From positions 620,001 through 684,000 of the forward strand of contig OZ025659.1 of assembly GCA_964019335.1 (NCBI GenBank): 64,000 bases of DNA, in the 5' to 3' direction. Positions 23,323-34,992 of the stretch are shown here, in pieces. The notes under the pieces were generated by a model. That model had not been told where the DNA came from and searched no databases. It was given only the letters and a program-made list of their open reading frames with translations. The position numbers were made by a program, and so were the translations under genes. The stretch is from Diplonema japonicum (taxonomy: Eukaryota > Protista > Euglenozoa: Diplonemea). Positions within the stretch are counted from its first letter, which is position 1. The number at the start of each line of letters is the position of its first letter.

Positions 23323-24663
23323 ACCTGTTGCGGCGCCGTCGGATGAGTTGAATAAGCAGCTTATGGATCAAATCGAGGCAATGAAAGTCATGATGCACGA
23401 TCTCCAGGAGAAGCTTGATAGAAAGGAAGAGGAGCGCAAGCCGAGGACGCCTCTGAGGGTTGCCCCGCCGCCGCCGATCTCGCCGGTGCAGCCGGTGACC
23501 CCTCCCAGGACTTCCCCTAACCATGCCAGCCACCACTTGACATCACCACAGAATTGCGTCACATCACCGTTTTTAACTGATTCGTTCTTTTCATCCTATG
23601 TAGACCCTGAGGCGATGCTCTCGGAAGATGAAGTATGGAGGGGTTTTTTTTTTTTTCCGATTGTGTGGGGGAAGAAGCTGGACGGTCCAGAGGTGGAAAA
23701 ACCAGACTTGGCGTGTGACGTCTGCGACTACCGATGCAAGCCGACGACAGAGATGACAGAGCATGCTTTATGGGAGTGTGCGATCACAGGAAGAATCCGT
23801 GTGGCGGCGATGTACAGGGGGCTGGGAGTGGTGCGTGATGGCCTGCCCGCAGCTACAGCCCTGCATGGAATCATTCCGAGGGGAGCGGATGAGGATGCTA
23901 AGAAACGGGCGAGGATGATCCAGACGTATTTAGTGAATGTCGTGACAGAACGTGACGCCAAGGCGGCGGAGAGGAGGGTGCGAGGCTGCTCACCTGCAAC
24001 CCGTGGGATGAGGTTAAAACTGGGAAACAGCATGATGTTCCAACAGAGGCGTTTCTGAAATCGAATGGAGCGTCGGGCTTGATCCTGATGTTCCACTTGA
24101 AGAGCGTCCTCAAGTGGCTGAGAGGCCTGCGATGGTATGTAGGTAAGAGCAAGACTTCCATCACAACGATGGAGCTAGCGATTGACTATGAGCAGACCAC
24201 CCGCCGGTCACTCATAGGCCCGCTTGACGACCAGGACTTCCTCACGGAGAAAGCCAATAGAATGCGATATCTCTTGGGTCGCATCCAGAAAAGTGCAGAG
24301 AGAGGGGGGCGTACTGCTTTCCCTGCCAAAGCTAAGTCGAGGGTGCATACCCTGCGACATCTTGGGGGGCCCGACGGCACACGGCTACGACAGGAGACCA
24401 CTCTTCTCCTCGAGCCAAACAGCCCCTTACCTAGCACGACTCCATGTAATGTTCCTCGCCCAGATGCCATCTCATCGCGACAAACAGCCACCGCAGGCAC
24501 CAGACAGCAACCGCAGAACGGTGACCGATTAGTGTGAATTTCTACCTGAACAGTGAGCACCCCCATGCACACTGAAACTTTATCGATTTTTTTTTCTTTT
24601 TTTTTTTTTTTTTTTTTGCATTCTCAAACCCAACAACAATAGGACGACACTATCAGCATTTAA
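20804..24663 (+). CDS. Kelch-repeat + STE11-type MAP3K-like kinase with poly-Q; predicted intron 23633..24642, last exon DDTISI*
   Basis: Kelch motifs (RFGHT..IVFGG, RAFHS..IVFGG, RAQHT..VVFGG); kinase motifs IGKGTFG, VAVKQ, HRDIKPAN, DFG, GTPLYMAPE. Phase-0 GTATGG donor after SEDE, and AATAG acceptor before GACGACACTATCAGCATTTAA. Confidence 0.88.
23657..24586 (+). mobile_element. 5'-truncated non-LTR retrotransposon remnant (copy 2), inside the kinase intron
   Basis: Encodes CDVC-x12-HALWEC (C-x2-C..H-x4-C knuckle typical of the C-terminus of non-LTR RT ORFs), then a frameshifted ORF. T-tracts on both sides; ~115 bp longer at the 5' end than copy 1. Confidence 0.78.
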
Positions 24664-25816
24664 GGGGAGAGGTTTTTTTTTTTCTCTTCAATAGTTTTTT
24701 TTTTTCTTTTTTTTTTTTCTAACTGGATCTTGAGAAAAATATAATTTGAAACCCCTCCTTGTATATTTTTCGGTTCAGGATTTTTTTTTCTTTTTCGTTC
24801 AAGCATGCTGCTTTTTTTTTTCCTTTGAGATATATTTGGTCAATGTTTGTTATTTGATGCGGGGGGGGGGGGGGGTAAATCCACCTTTTGCTTAGACAGG
24901 TCAAAGGCTCGTTCTTGCAGAAGAGAAAGGAAGAAGAGGAAAGAAAAATACAAGCGCACAACAGAAAGAAATGTAAAAAAAAAAAAAAAAAAAAAAAAAT
25001 AATAATAATAATAAAGAGGAAATTGAGAAAAAAAAGAAGAGAAAAAACGAAAAACCGGAAGAAAAAAAAAAAACTAATTATCGCTGCCTCCAAACTGAGA
25101 GCAACTCAGGGCAGAACCAAAAAAAAAAAAGAAAACACAAGGAAGGGAAAAAAAAAAAAAAAAAAAATAAGAGTAACAGGTTGCTACATTTTAAGCCTTT
25201 CTATTTTATTTTATTTCCTCAAGATCAAGATTGTCTTTTAACTTGAGTATTATTTCGTTGCCTTCTTTTTTTTTTTTTTTTTTTTTTTTCTTTTGCGAAC
25301 TTTGGTGTGTCAAGGATTTTTTTTATTGAACCCCTCTCAATATTTACTTCATTTCGCTACACCAACAGGGTCGTTTTATTTCACTCCAGTCTTTACCACG
25401 TGTGGTTGGTCATCCTCCCGGGCCTGACAACAAAGGCCTGGTTCAAACCCGGCACAGTAAGTGTCTTATAGTTTAAAGGCTTCTTCCTTAAAGGGGCCGA
25501 ATGAAGTAAATTTTGAGAAGAGTGAGAGTAACTTTTTTGCGGGCATTTTTGTTTTTCTTTCTTTTCCCCCCCTACGCGGGAAGATCAGCTTTTTTTTGTT
25601 ATCGTTGTTGCTGGTGATCCCGCCTCCTCGCTCCTTTTTGTTCCCTCCCTTTTTTTTTTCTTTTCTTTTCTTCCTGCCTTTCTTTCAAACTCTAAAGCCT
25701 ACTCGGAAGGTTCCCCCTCCCCCCCCCTGTACTATAAACAGAAAGCGGGCTAAAGAGAGAGGACAGGTTAAACAAAAAAGGGGGAAATATGAGGTTTTTT
25801 TTTTTTTCTTAGTGGG

Positions 25817-28124
25817 ATGACATGGAGAATACAAAATGCCAGATATCCGTCACTGCCCACCCCTGTTGGTCACCACTTTTTTTTTTTTTTTTTTTGTCCC
25901 TTATTATTTTTTTTCTTCTTTTTTTTTATTGGTTTACCCTTCATACTCCCCCATTCCAAACCCTCCCGCCCCCCATTAGTAGCTCGTGGCCGACCGTTAT
26001 AGTCGCGCTAGTAGACCCATTGCATGTATTCGAGGGATTCCCCCCTCCCCTGCCTCGCAGCCCTGGGATTTCGACGCTTTTAGCAACGCGGTTTCGCTTT
26101 CTTACAAAGATCTACAATACTCACAGGGAGAGAGAGAGGGAATGTTACGAGGGACCCTCCGTACAAAAAGATGTTTCACCATCCACCCAAAGGTAGCCCT
26201 GGGCGGCTCTTTGGACAATGTTGTTGTGGACGAAGAGGTGAGGAAGGGCAGAGCAGCCATAATAGATTACAAGAAGGGGAACAGAGTATCCGATAGCGAT
26301 CTTGTTGAATGGGCATGGCGGCTGAGCAAAAAGGGCGATGAGGGTAGCCTCAACGACATCGCAGAAGCGTTCAAAAGCAAAGGCCGAAACGCCTTGGGCC
26401 CCGGTGTTCTCCCGACACAAAAGATGCTGGCTCACATTGCAATGGGCCGGCACGACAAGGCGCTCGATGTTTTAAAATCCCAGTTCGACGGTGAAAACGA
26501 ACCCCTATTATCCGAAACCTACTGCTCCCTGCTGTACATCTTGGGCATCACGAACTCCCCGGCTTCCGATTGGGACGCTGTTTTGTCCACCTTTTCCGAA
26601 CATGCTAAAACCGACGGGGCGCTGCTTTCAAGTACCTTCTTCACCTCTCTCATCGACAACGTGTATCTCACCTCTCCTTTACTATCCTGGATCGTGTACA
26701 TCTGGTGCCTCTCTTGCTCCGTCCGACCGTCCCCTGAAATCTATGAAAAGATGTTGTTGTCACTGTACAGGCAGCCGCACTACACACCGGTGTTGCAGGT
26801 TTTGACGTGCATCCCGGACCTGCCTAAGAATGTTTTCCATTTGGATGGGGTTTTCGAGAATGTTGATCACATCTTGTCGAAGCCGAGTGAGCATTGGCAA
26901 GCCGAGTCTGCTAAGGGCGGGTTTTGGCCTGGGGGTGACGAGCTGGCCATGAACAGGTCGCCGGGTCTTCCCGATATCGTGCAAATCCTGACCGACAAGG
27001 AACGGGAACTGATCAAAATATTCAAATTAGCCATGGCGCAAACAACGGACCAGCCTTTCGAGTACGAGGCGCGTTCCGCATGCGTGAACTGCAGGGCCGT
27101 CACAACCCCAGGCTGGGCCATGCGCGTCTTAACAGAAGCACATCGTGAAAAATACCTCGGGCCGAAGCAGCAGTCCCACATAGATCTCTACGCGAAGTTA
27201 CTAGGAAAACTGACATCCTGGTCGCGATGGGAGGACTGCTGCAGCCTGTGGGTGCAAGCCCATCACTTCATCAAACAATGGCGGGATATATACAAAGACG
27301 ACTCGCTAGCCCACACAACAGCTACGTTCCTACCCGTTCTGCAGGCTGCGGGGGAGTTGGGGCTGAAGGGCTTTGCGTCAGAAGTCATCAAAGAAGTATA
27401 CTACTCAGACCTGCCGATGTCGGTAGAACTGTTGAACGGAATGATTAATGCCGCGCCTGCAGATGAAGGGGTGAAGCTGTTTGAGCAGCTGGCTGGAAAA
27501 CCGAATACACACCCGAGTACCGAAACATTCAAATCACTGTTGAAATCGGGTTTACGTGACTACGTCCCTTCGGACGACAAGGTCTCAAAGACAAAAAAAG
27601 AGAGGGAGCCAACGGAGGCGGATTTCCTCCGGTCCTTTGCGGAGCACGCAGTGACTTTCGCCGAATTCTTCCCCGAGCACGATGTGTGTCTTGACACGTT
27701 GCAAAAATCTGTTTACAAGAAGGTCTTCAACAAAGACGGACACACGCATGAAAGGAAACAGACAGAAGGACCGACGGCAAAGTCCCGAGACACCTTTCCG
27801 ACCGTCTTGAAGTTCCTCAAAGAGAGATACTCGCACGTGCCTTACGATAATGGTTTACACAGTCTGCTTGTCGCCAGCTTCCTTCGGAGAGGCGACATTT
27901 CCAGTGCGGAACAAGCCTGTAAAACTATGATCACCCAGCATTTCAGGCCTTCTTTCGAAGTATGTCAGGATGAGGGCGAAACGGGGGGGGACAACAACGA
28001 AAAAACTTCACAGAATGTTGCATTTTGGCGAGCGCAGCTTTCTATTTACGATGAGCCCTTTCCAGAGTTTAGAGAAAGGGTGAACAAGCTTCTCTCAGAC
28101 GATGGGTCGCCGTTGGTATTTTGA
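25817..28124 (+). CDS. Helical-repeat (PPR-like) protein; possible introns 25865..25982 and 27960..28013
   Basis: 712-aa open frame with PPR-like units (VRPSPEIYEKML, ELLNGMINA..HPSTETFKSLL, HSLLVASFLRRGDISSAEQ..RPS). The first exon and start are tentative. Confidence 0.65.
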
Positions 28125-28250
28125 GTGAAGAGGGGGATTGTGTTTTTTTTTATTTTCTCGCAAATTTTTACTTTTGAATAGATCGGTCCAAACTCGGCCT
28201 ACTTGTCGTTCCGCACGAAGATTTTCACTCAGGCATAAAAGAAAGTAAAA

Positions 28251-28746
28251 ATGGAGGTGAAAGGCAGAACGGCTGGCCATGCAGAGAACATGATGGAACG
28301 GGCACGGGAAAAGGATGGAGCGAAATATAAGCCATATGAAGAAGTAGAGGGCGCGAGGGATAAAAATAGGGTGGACCCCGCGGAGGATGAGGAGGAGCCG
28401 GTCGGTGCTCCGCCTCCTGAACCGGAGTCAGAGGACACGGCGCCAGTTGCTGTTCCGCCTGAGAACCCAGGCCTGCCCTCGAAGGCGGAACAAGAGCAAC
28501 ACGCAGAGTGGGTGCAATACTATGATGATATCAAAAATTACATGATTCGCTACGCGGCATATCACGTATGTGGGGAAAAGAAATAAAGGGGGGTGGTGTT
28601 AACTTATCTCACAGGCGGGTCTCCGAGCACAGCGAAACGTGGAGGAGGCACTGGCACTTCGTGCGGCGCAGGCAGCCGTTGCAACCGCACAACACATCTC
28701 AGTTTTCGAAAAAACCACCAAAGACACCAAAGGCCTCAAACGCTGA
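28251..28746 (+). CDS. Hypothetical protein (acidic/Pro-rich, then WxxYY..YxAGL helix); intron 28566..28614
   Basis: Removing GTATGT..TCACAG joins YAAYH|AGLRAQRNVEEALALRAAQ..KR*. Confidence 0.65.
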
Positions 28747-28838
28747 GACATTTCTTTTTTCTTTTTTTAAAGGAAGTGTGTGAGAAAGGTTTTTATTCCC
28801 CATCAGCACAGGTCATAGGAGATAAAACAAAAGTAAAC

Positions 28839-29888
28839 ATGATGCTCACAATGGCGGCTGTCGCGGCTACTGTGTTTGCCGTGGATTTCAAGCACACGAT
28901 TGTGGTGCGAAGCGCTGATGTGTGTGCGGAGCTGGACGGGAGGTTCCCACTCTGCACGTCGGGTACCTTCAACGGGGTGGGGCTCTGCACAAAGGGCCCG
29001 AAGGGTACGCAACATTTCTTCAAATGCTACCCCCCAGCGTGCGGCCCCGAGCCTACCGACCCCGCAACCCCTATGTGCGAGGTGAGGAACGTCGGAATCG
29101 AAATGACAGACGAGAACGACAAGCCGATAACAAAGCCCATCGACGAGGAGAGCACCATCAACGCAGAGGGCGTAATGGGCGCTTCAATCGGCACCACCAC
29201 TACCACCAGCAGCTTCCTTGCTGCAGGTCTCTTCAGTGGCATGGAAGGCTGGCCTGACATCCCAAAGGCAAGATTCCTTAACTTCCCCAACTCCCTTCAC
29301 GGAAGGCTTGGACAGGTTCCCAACGTGTACGTCGGTAAGGGTTGGCGTATGACCTTCCACTGTGCCATTGGTGGGGAGGGCGGCATGTGCGATCTGTTTG
29401 TCTTCATTTACAGGTGCCCTCCGTGCACCTTCTCTGATGGTGGGAATCTTCCTCTGGCGCTTCTCGCGGATAACTGGGAACCGTATTCCTGCGATGTGAA
29501 GTTCCAGCTGGACAACACTGTCCCCACACATGAGCACTCCATGATGGTGTACCATAAACAGATTCCCCAGGCTCAGCGTAGGTCCCGTGTTTTTGAGGTG
29601 GTCTCCCCGACTGACCTGTTGGAGCTCACCTTCTTTGGTATCAGTGAGGCGACCAGCCACTGTGTTGACTACACCACGGAGACCGACTGCACCACCGTCC
29701 TTCCTGGTGAGTGTCAGTGGGACTCTGTGAATGAGGTTTGCGGGCGTACGATTTGTCCTAAGCAGACGCCCCCTCCAAGGCCTCTTAAGCCGGGGCACGG
29801 GTTCTTCAAGCCGCAGGGTCCCTGGGTTGACAAGTGTAAGGTGTGTGTTGATGATGAAAGGCAGTACATGCCCACTCTTACTGTGTAG
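28839..29888 (+). CDS. Secreted Cys-rich protein, family member 6
   Basis: Signal-like MMLTMAAVAATVFA; core GWPDIP..FIYRCPPCTFSDGG..KCKVCVDDERQYMP. Confidence 0.9.
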   Translation: MMLTMAAVAATVFAVDFKHTIVVRSADVCAELDGRFPLCTSGTFNGVGLCTKGPKGTQHFFKCYPPACGPEPTDPATPMCEVRNVGIEMTDENDKPITKPIDEESTINAEGVMGASIGTTTTTSSFLAAGLFSGMEGWPDIPKARFLNFPNSLHGRLGQVPNVYVGKGWRMTFHCAIGGEGGMCDLFVFIYRCPPCTFSDGGNLPLALLADNWEPYSCDVKFQLDNTVPTHEHSMMVYHKQIPQAQRRSRVFEVVSPTDLLELTFFGISEATSHCVDYTTETDCTTVLPGECQWDSVNEVCGRTICPKQTPPPRPLKPGHGFFKPQGPWVDKCKVCVDDERQYMPTLTV

Positions 29889-30629
29889 GGTAGAGGGGTG
29901 AATGGTGGGTTTTTTTGGGTAGGTTAGGTAACGATACGTGACACTCAGTTAGTAACGAAAAAAAAGAAAACACCGGGGGGAGGGAGGGAGTAGAACAATT
30001 TTTTTCTTTTTTTTTTTTCTCCACGTCCTAATCTGGATAACCCCTTCGATGAAAGAAGAAAAAAAAAAGAAAAGGAAAGAAAAGAATAGAAAAAGAAGAA
30101 GAAAAAAAAGAGTGTTAGTTTTTTTTTTTGTTTGTTCTTTTTTTGTTTTTTTAAATTTTTGTGAGAGTTCTTTAGGAAGGAAACGAAGAAGGAGAATAGA
30201 AGGCGATAGAGGGTGAGCGAGTAAGGGAGGAGAAGGGAAAAAAAAAAAAAAAGAAGAAACACGCAAAGATATCTATCTCTGGTGTTCTATTCTCCCGTTC
30301 TTTTTTTTTTTCTTTGTTCCAAAAAAAAAAAAACAAAAAGCAAACAAACAACCTGATTTTTGGACTTTAACAGTTTTTATTGTCTCAAAAGAACTAGGTG
30401 TTCGAGCGCAATGAGTAATTATTAGGTAAAGGTAGCGCTCGTGTGCACTGTGAGAACAGAGGTGTCTCAACAAAGACCTCCTTTTTACTCATTATTTCCC
30501 CCCTTCTCTTCTTCGTCTGCAAGACACAGTATTTCTTCTAGTTTCTTCCCCCCCCCCCCCCCCCCCCCTCTTTTATTTGCTTGTGGAAGGTCTATGCAAA
30601 AAGCTTTTTTTTGCGGGAACGATGGTTTT

Positions 30630-30725
30630 GACTTGTCAACAAAAGGGGAACGTTGGCAACGGGTTCATAAACTTCTCCCGGGGGTTTCCTTTACCCGGCA
30701 CGTTGCAAACAACGGTCAGTTCCTC
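30630..30725 (+). repeat. Dispersed ~100-bp nested-hairpin repeat
   Basis: GACTTGTC..AAAAGGGGAACGTTGGCAACG..TTTACCCGGCACGT..AAACAACGG.CAGTTCCTC, shared with 16805..16902. Confidence 0.8.
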
Positions 30726-30832
30726 CCCCTTTTTTTTACGGCCTGACCCATACACACAGTAGGTTTCTTTTTTTTTTTTGTTGTTGTTTTCTATTTTTTT
30801 TTTTTTTTTTTTTGGTCACTATTTCTCCCTCC

Positions 30833-30894
<62 letters not shown>

Positions 30895-32389
30895 AGTCAC
30901 CCAATTTGGGAGCAAGTTGTGGATCACCAACACCTTTCAGCAGTGCCAGAAAAAACAAAAAGAGAAAATACCGAGCTTTTAGCTGAGTAGTGGCGCACTT
31001 TTTTTTTTTTCTTCTTTTTTTTCAGTTTTTTTCTTCTTTTTTTTTTCTTCTCCGCCCCTCTTCCGCTGTGTGGTCCCTTTTTGTTTCTGTCAGTAAACTT
31101 TTCTTTCCACCTTTCCCCCCCCCCCCCACTTTGTTTTTGTTTAACCTAAAAGTTATATCCTTGGGGTCCCCCCCCCCTCCCCCCCCAACGGGAGAGGAAG
31201 CGGTAGCACAGCAAGGGCAAGGACATCTCCCTGAGGAGCAGCTACTTACGTCCCGACAGTACTGCACCAATTAAATCACATGATTTTAAACATTTGTGGA
31301 CTTAAATTAAGTATTATTGAAAGAACAATGTTTAAGTCTTTAATTCAAGTCGAAAAGGGGAAAGTTCTTTTTTCTTTCAAAACCCCCCCTAAAAGGGGTT
31401 CTCAAATAATAAAAAAAATAATAATAATAATAAAAAGGAAACCAAAACAATATCGAACGTGGGAAAAAAAAGAAACCAAAAAGGTTTTTTCGTGTGGGGA
31501 TGAAAAAAAAACTTTTTTTTCTCTCTTTTTTTCCATATCTCTTTGTCCAAAGGCGGGGGGGGGGGGGGGGGGGGGTTTGACTGGAGTAATGATTCACAAA
31601 ATACCGTGTATGCCCTTCTCTCTGCAAATTGAAAGATGGAAAAGTAGCACACAAGCAAATCAAAAAAAAAAAAAATAGCTATTTATTGCCAACAAATTGT
31701 GAGCCATTATTTAATCCGAGTTCTTTGATTTCAAAAAAAAAAAAACGGTAACGAGTGTTAAACAATGGCTCATTTGGCGGCAAGTAAGTCGTTTTATTTC
31801 GCTCTTCGTCATTTGAGTCACTCACTCTTAACTGCTTTCACTGCTGTTTTCTTCACACGGACCAGCTTTTTTTTGGGGATTTCCCTAAGGCAATACGGGG
31901 TAGCTACTTCGCCGTGGCATTTCAAGGGGAAGTAAAGCACTTATTCCCGCTTTTAAGGGCCGGAATGGCCTCAGATGGCCAAAAATAGTCGAAATTCCCC
32001 ACCCCCAAAAAGATGCCCCCTAGTGAGTGAAGAAAATGACGAAGAGTTAAATAATAATAAAAAAAAAAAAAAGGAAAAGAAGAAAAAAGCAATTCATTGG
32101 CAGCGCAAGTTAGTTGATTTTTTTTTTTTCTTTTTTTTTTTTTTTTTCCCCATACAGACTTTTATACCGTATTTGTACTTACTTAACATGGAGCGGAAAA
32201 AATTCCAAACCGAAATTCATTCGCCCTGCAACCCCTCGTTGCCTAGAGCCAAACAAAAAAAAAAAAAAAAAAAAAACAAACAAAAACCCCACATTGTTCC
32301 GGAAAAAGTTCCAAACAGTTTCAAACATTTTTTTTTTTTTTTTTTTCGTTCCAGATATTAGTTAATCGATGAGTAAGTCCAAATACGGT

Positions 32390-32431
<42 letters not shown>

Positions 32432-32830
32432 CAACACATTTATACAACACACAATGCACACACAAACCAGCTGTTTCATCAGCTGATGAGTACAACCAAA
32501 AAAAAAAAGAAAAAACAATAAGGCGCCAGAATTGTGTTTTTTTTATCTCTCTTTTTTTTTTTTTTTTTCTCTTTTCTTTGACTACCCTTTTTGAACGATA
32601 CGTAGGGCGGGGAGAACGAAAAAAAAAAAAAAAAAAAAAAAAAAAACGAAGGGGGAAAAAAAAGAGTAAAAAGAGAGAGAGAAATTGGAGGGTTAGGAGC
32701 AGGGGAAGGAGGTTCTTCCTCCTCTCCTGCATTCCTCGCCCCCTTTGCTCTGTTTTTTTTCTTTGAGGGGAGAACACCTAGCCATAAAACTTTGTTTTTT
32801 TATTTTTATTTTATTTGTTACAAATATTCA

Positions 32831-33089
32831 CGCCACATATCTCTAAAACCAGTTTGCGGGTTTGGTAATGGAACCCTACGGGCTTTTTATGAGTTTTCCA
32901 CCGAAGATTTTACAAAACTCCCTGGAAGGGTTTGTAAGACCGACGCTGGAATTCTTGAGAAGGTTTTCTCAGCCAACCTTCGGGGGAAAAAAAAATCTTT
33001 TTTTCCCCCCCCCGAATTTTTTCGTAAAATTCCCTCCATAGCCCCTCAGCAAGTTCAGGATCTACCACAGGTTTTAGAGACGTGAGGCG
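32831..33089. mobile_element. MITE-like element with ~20-bp imperfect TIRs
   Basis: CGCCACATATCTCTAAAACC ... GGTTTTAGAGACGTGAGGCG; flanks are TCA / TTA. Confidence 0.6.
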
Positions 33090-33111
33090 TTACCTTTCAA
33101 AAAAATGAAAT

Positions 33112-33142
<31 letters not shown>

Positions 33143-33189
33143 TTACTACATGCAACTTGTGCCGAGCAAAAAAAAAGAAATTAGCTATT

Positions 33190-33300
33190 TATTAAATGAA
33201 AATCAGATGGCCTGATTTCACGCGTGGGGTCCCCTTTTAAAAAACAAGTTAAAAAAGGGAACCCCACAAGTGAAATCATGCTCTGATTTTTTATTCAATA
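33190..33300. repeat. Imperfect palindrome (fold-back), ~50-bp arms
   Basis: AAAATCAGA..TGATTTCAC..GTGGGGT.CCCTTTT / AAAAGGGAACCCCAC..GTGAAATCA..TCTGATTTT. Confidence 0.8.
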
Positions 33301-34093
33301 CTACATTTTATTTTTAATGATGAGCTGCTCAAAGAATTTGGGTGCTGAGTGTAGCTTCGCTGCTGCCTGCTCGTAGCGGCACAATGCGAGTCCTTACTAA
33401 ACACGGTACTGGGTTTGGTATGATCAATTCGGCGAATTAATGTTGACGTTTATGTCAAACGTGATTCTGTGCACTGTTGAAGAAGTGGGCTGTGTCGAAG
33501 GGGCAGGGCTGAAGAGGGTGTTGCGTGCAAAACCTCTTCCTGTAGGCCATTTCGCTTGCCGTTGGAAGCGCGTCTTATCACAGGTTTGGCCTCGGACTGT
33601 GGGCGTGAAATAAAGTAGCAACGTTTAGCTTAAAAAACATGAAAAAAATCAGATACTTTATTTCTTCTAGCCTAAATTCTTTAAGTGAGTTGCTCAGAAT
33701 TAAGTAAAAGGAAGAAGAAGAAAAAAAAATAATTCGCAGCTTTTTTTTTTTTTAATTGTTTTTTTTTGCTTGTGCGACTACAAAGACATATAGTCGTAAC
33801 GATTTTTTTTGTTTTTTTTTTGTTTTTTTTCTAATAACAAAAGCTCTCGCTGCCCCATCGGTATGGCGAGAGTAGAAGAAACTTTTTTTTTCCCCCAAAA
33901 AATACTTTATTCCTCACTCTTCCCTTTTACTTTATAACTGTATTCTCTCTTCTTGGTAGGAAGGGAAAAAGAAAATAATAATAACTATTGATTTTGGTAA
34001 AATAAAGTGGACTTTATTGCCTTTTCTCTGTCCTCCGGGGATAGAAAATGAGGCGGTAAAGTCCACTTTAATAGCAGAATCTGTAATTTTATT

Positions 34094-34170
34094 TATCGTT
34101 TTTTGCACCCCCGACCTAGTGTTTTTTTGGCTGGCAGCCAAAAAACACTAGGGAGGGGGGCAAAAAGATA
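34094..34170. repeat. Palindrome (fold-back), ~38-bp arms
   Basis: Core CCTAGTGTTTTTTTGGCTG-G-CAGCCAAAAAACACTAGG, extended by TTTTTGC.CCCC / GGGGGCAAAAA. Confidence 0.85.
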
Positions 34171-34992
34171 TTTAAAAAAAAGAAACACACACACACACAC
34201 ACACACACATGTTTTCACCCCCTCCCTTTTTCTTCTTTTTTTTGTCTAACAAAAAAAAGGGATCGTGATATGGTCGTAAGCCCAACCAAAAACATGCCGA
34301 ACTACTATGGGGGAGGAAGGGTTTCCTCCCCCCACCCCTTTTTTGGCCCATATCAAGAAATTTGATTTATTAGCGTGGCAGAGATTGCATTACATTTTTT
34401 TTTTTTTTTTTTTTTTGCGAACTTTCATTCAAAAAAAAAAAATAATAATAATAATTAAAAAAGAACTAGTCGCCTCCAAGAGAAGAAATATGTGGCACTT
34501 TCACCTCAGTTGTCACGCTTCTTTTCGTATTAACAAATTGTAGACCAGTATATTGTCGTACAAAGACTGTTCGCTGACCACGCAGCCCGTTGATTTTATA
34601 CAGGTAAGTTATATGACCCCCTGGCGCGTACAATAGGTGCCACCTTCTTCTAATAGCTCCTCGTGGATAGGAGGGCAGCGAACGTTTGCAAAAGGGGGGA
34701 AAAAAAGAAGGACAACCAGGGTCCCCCCCTCCGCGCCCTCCTATTTCCCCCACCACCTTCGACCACCACCACCACCCCACTTTTTTTTGAAATCATCCCC
34801 TCCCCCCCTTTTTTTTCGCTATACCAATTGGTTAAGACTGGTTTTTTTTTTTTTCTTTTTTTTTTTCCCTCTTACTCCCCCTGCGTCCCCCTTCTTTTTT
34901 TTTTCGTACTGCGGTCCATCGGGGGGGTTTATTACAACAACATCAAAAAAAAGGTTATCATCATCATATCATCAACTCAAAAAAAAAAAAAA

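Noticed and set aside
20804-24058. 1084-aa kinase-Zn knuckle fusion as the main product
   Set aside because: The tail is a repeat also present at 6664 and lies in a plausible GT-AG intron with a downstream terminal exon.
25439-25452. tRNA gene around B-box GGTTCAAACCC
   Set aside because: No convincing A-box or cloverleaf; better explained as part of a hairpin island.
33317-33347. C/D box snoRNA (ATGATGA..CTGA)
   Set aside because: The boxes are too close together, there is no terminal stem, and I could not establish a target.
34663-34992. N-terminal ORF extensions (also 5249, 7731, 11515, 28593, 48844, 51942)
   Set aside because: Non-ATG or homopolymer-derived; a downstream ATG with a signal/transit peptide or A-tract context is more credible.
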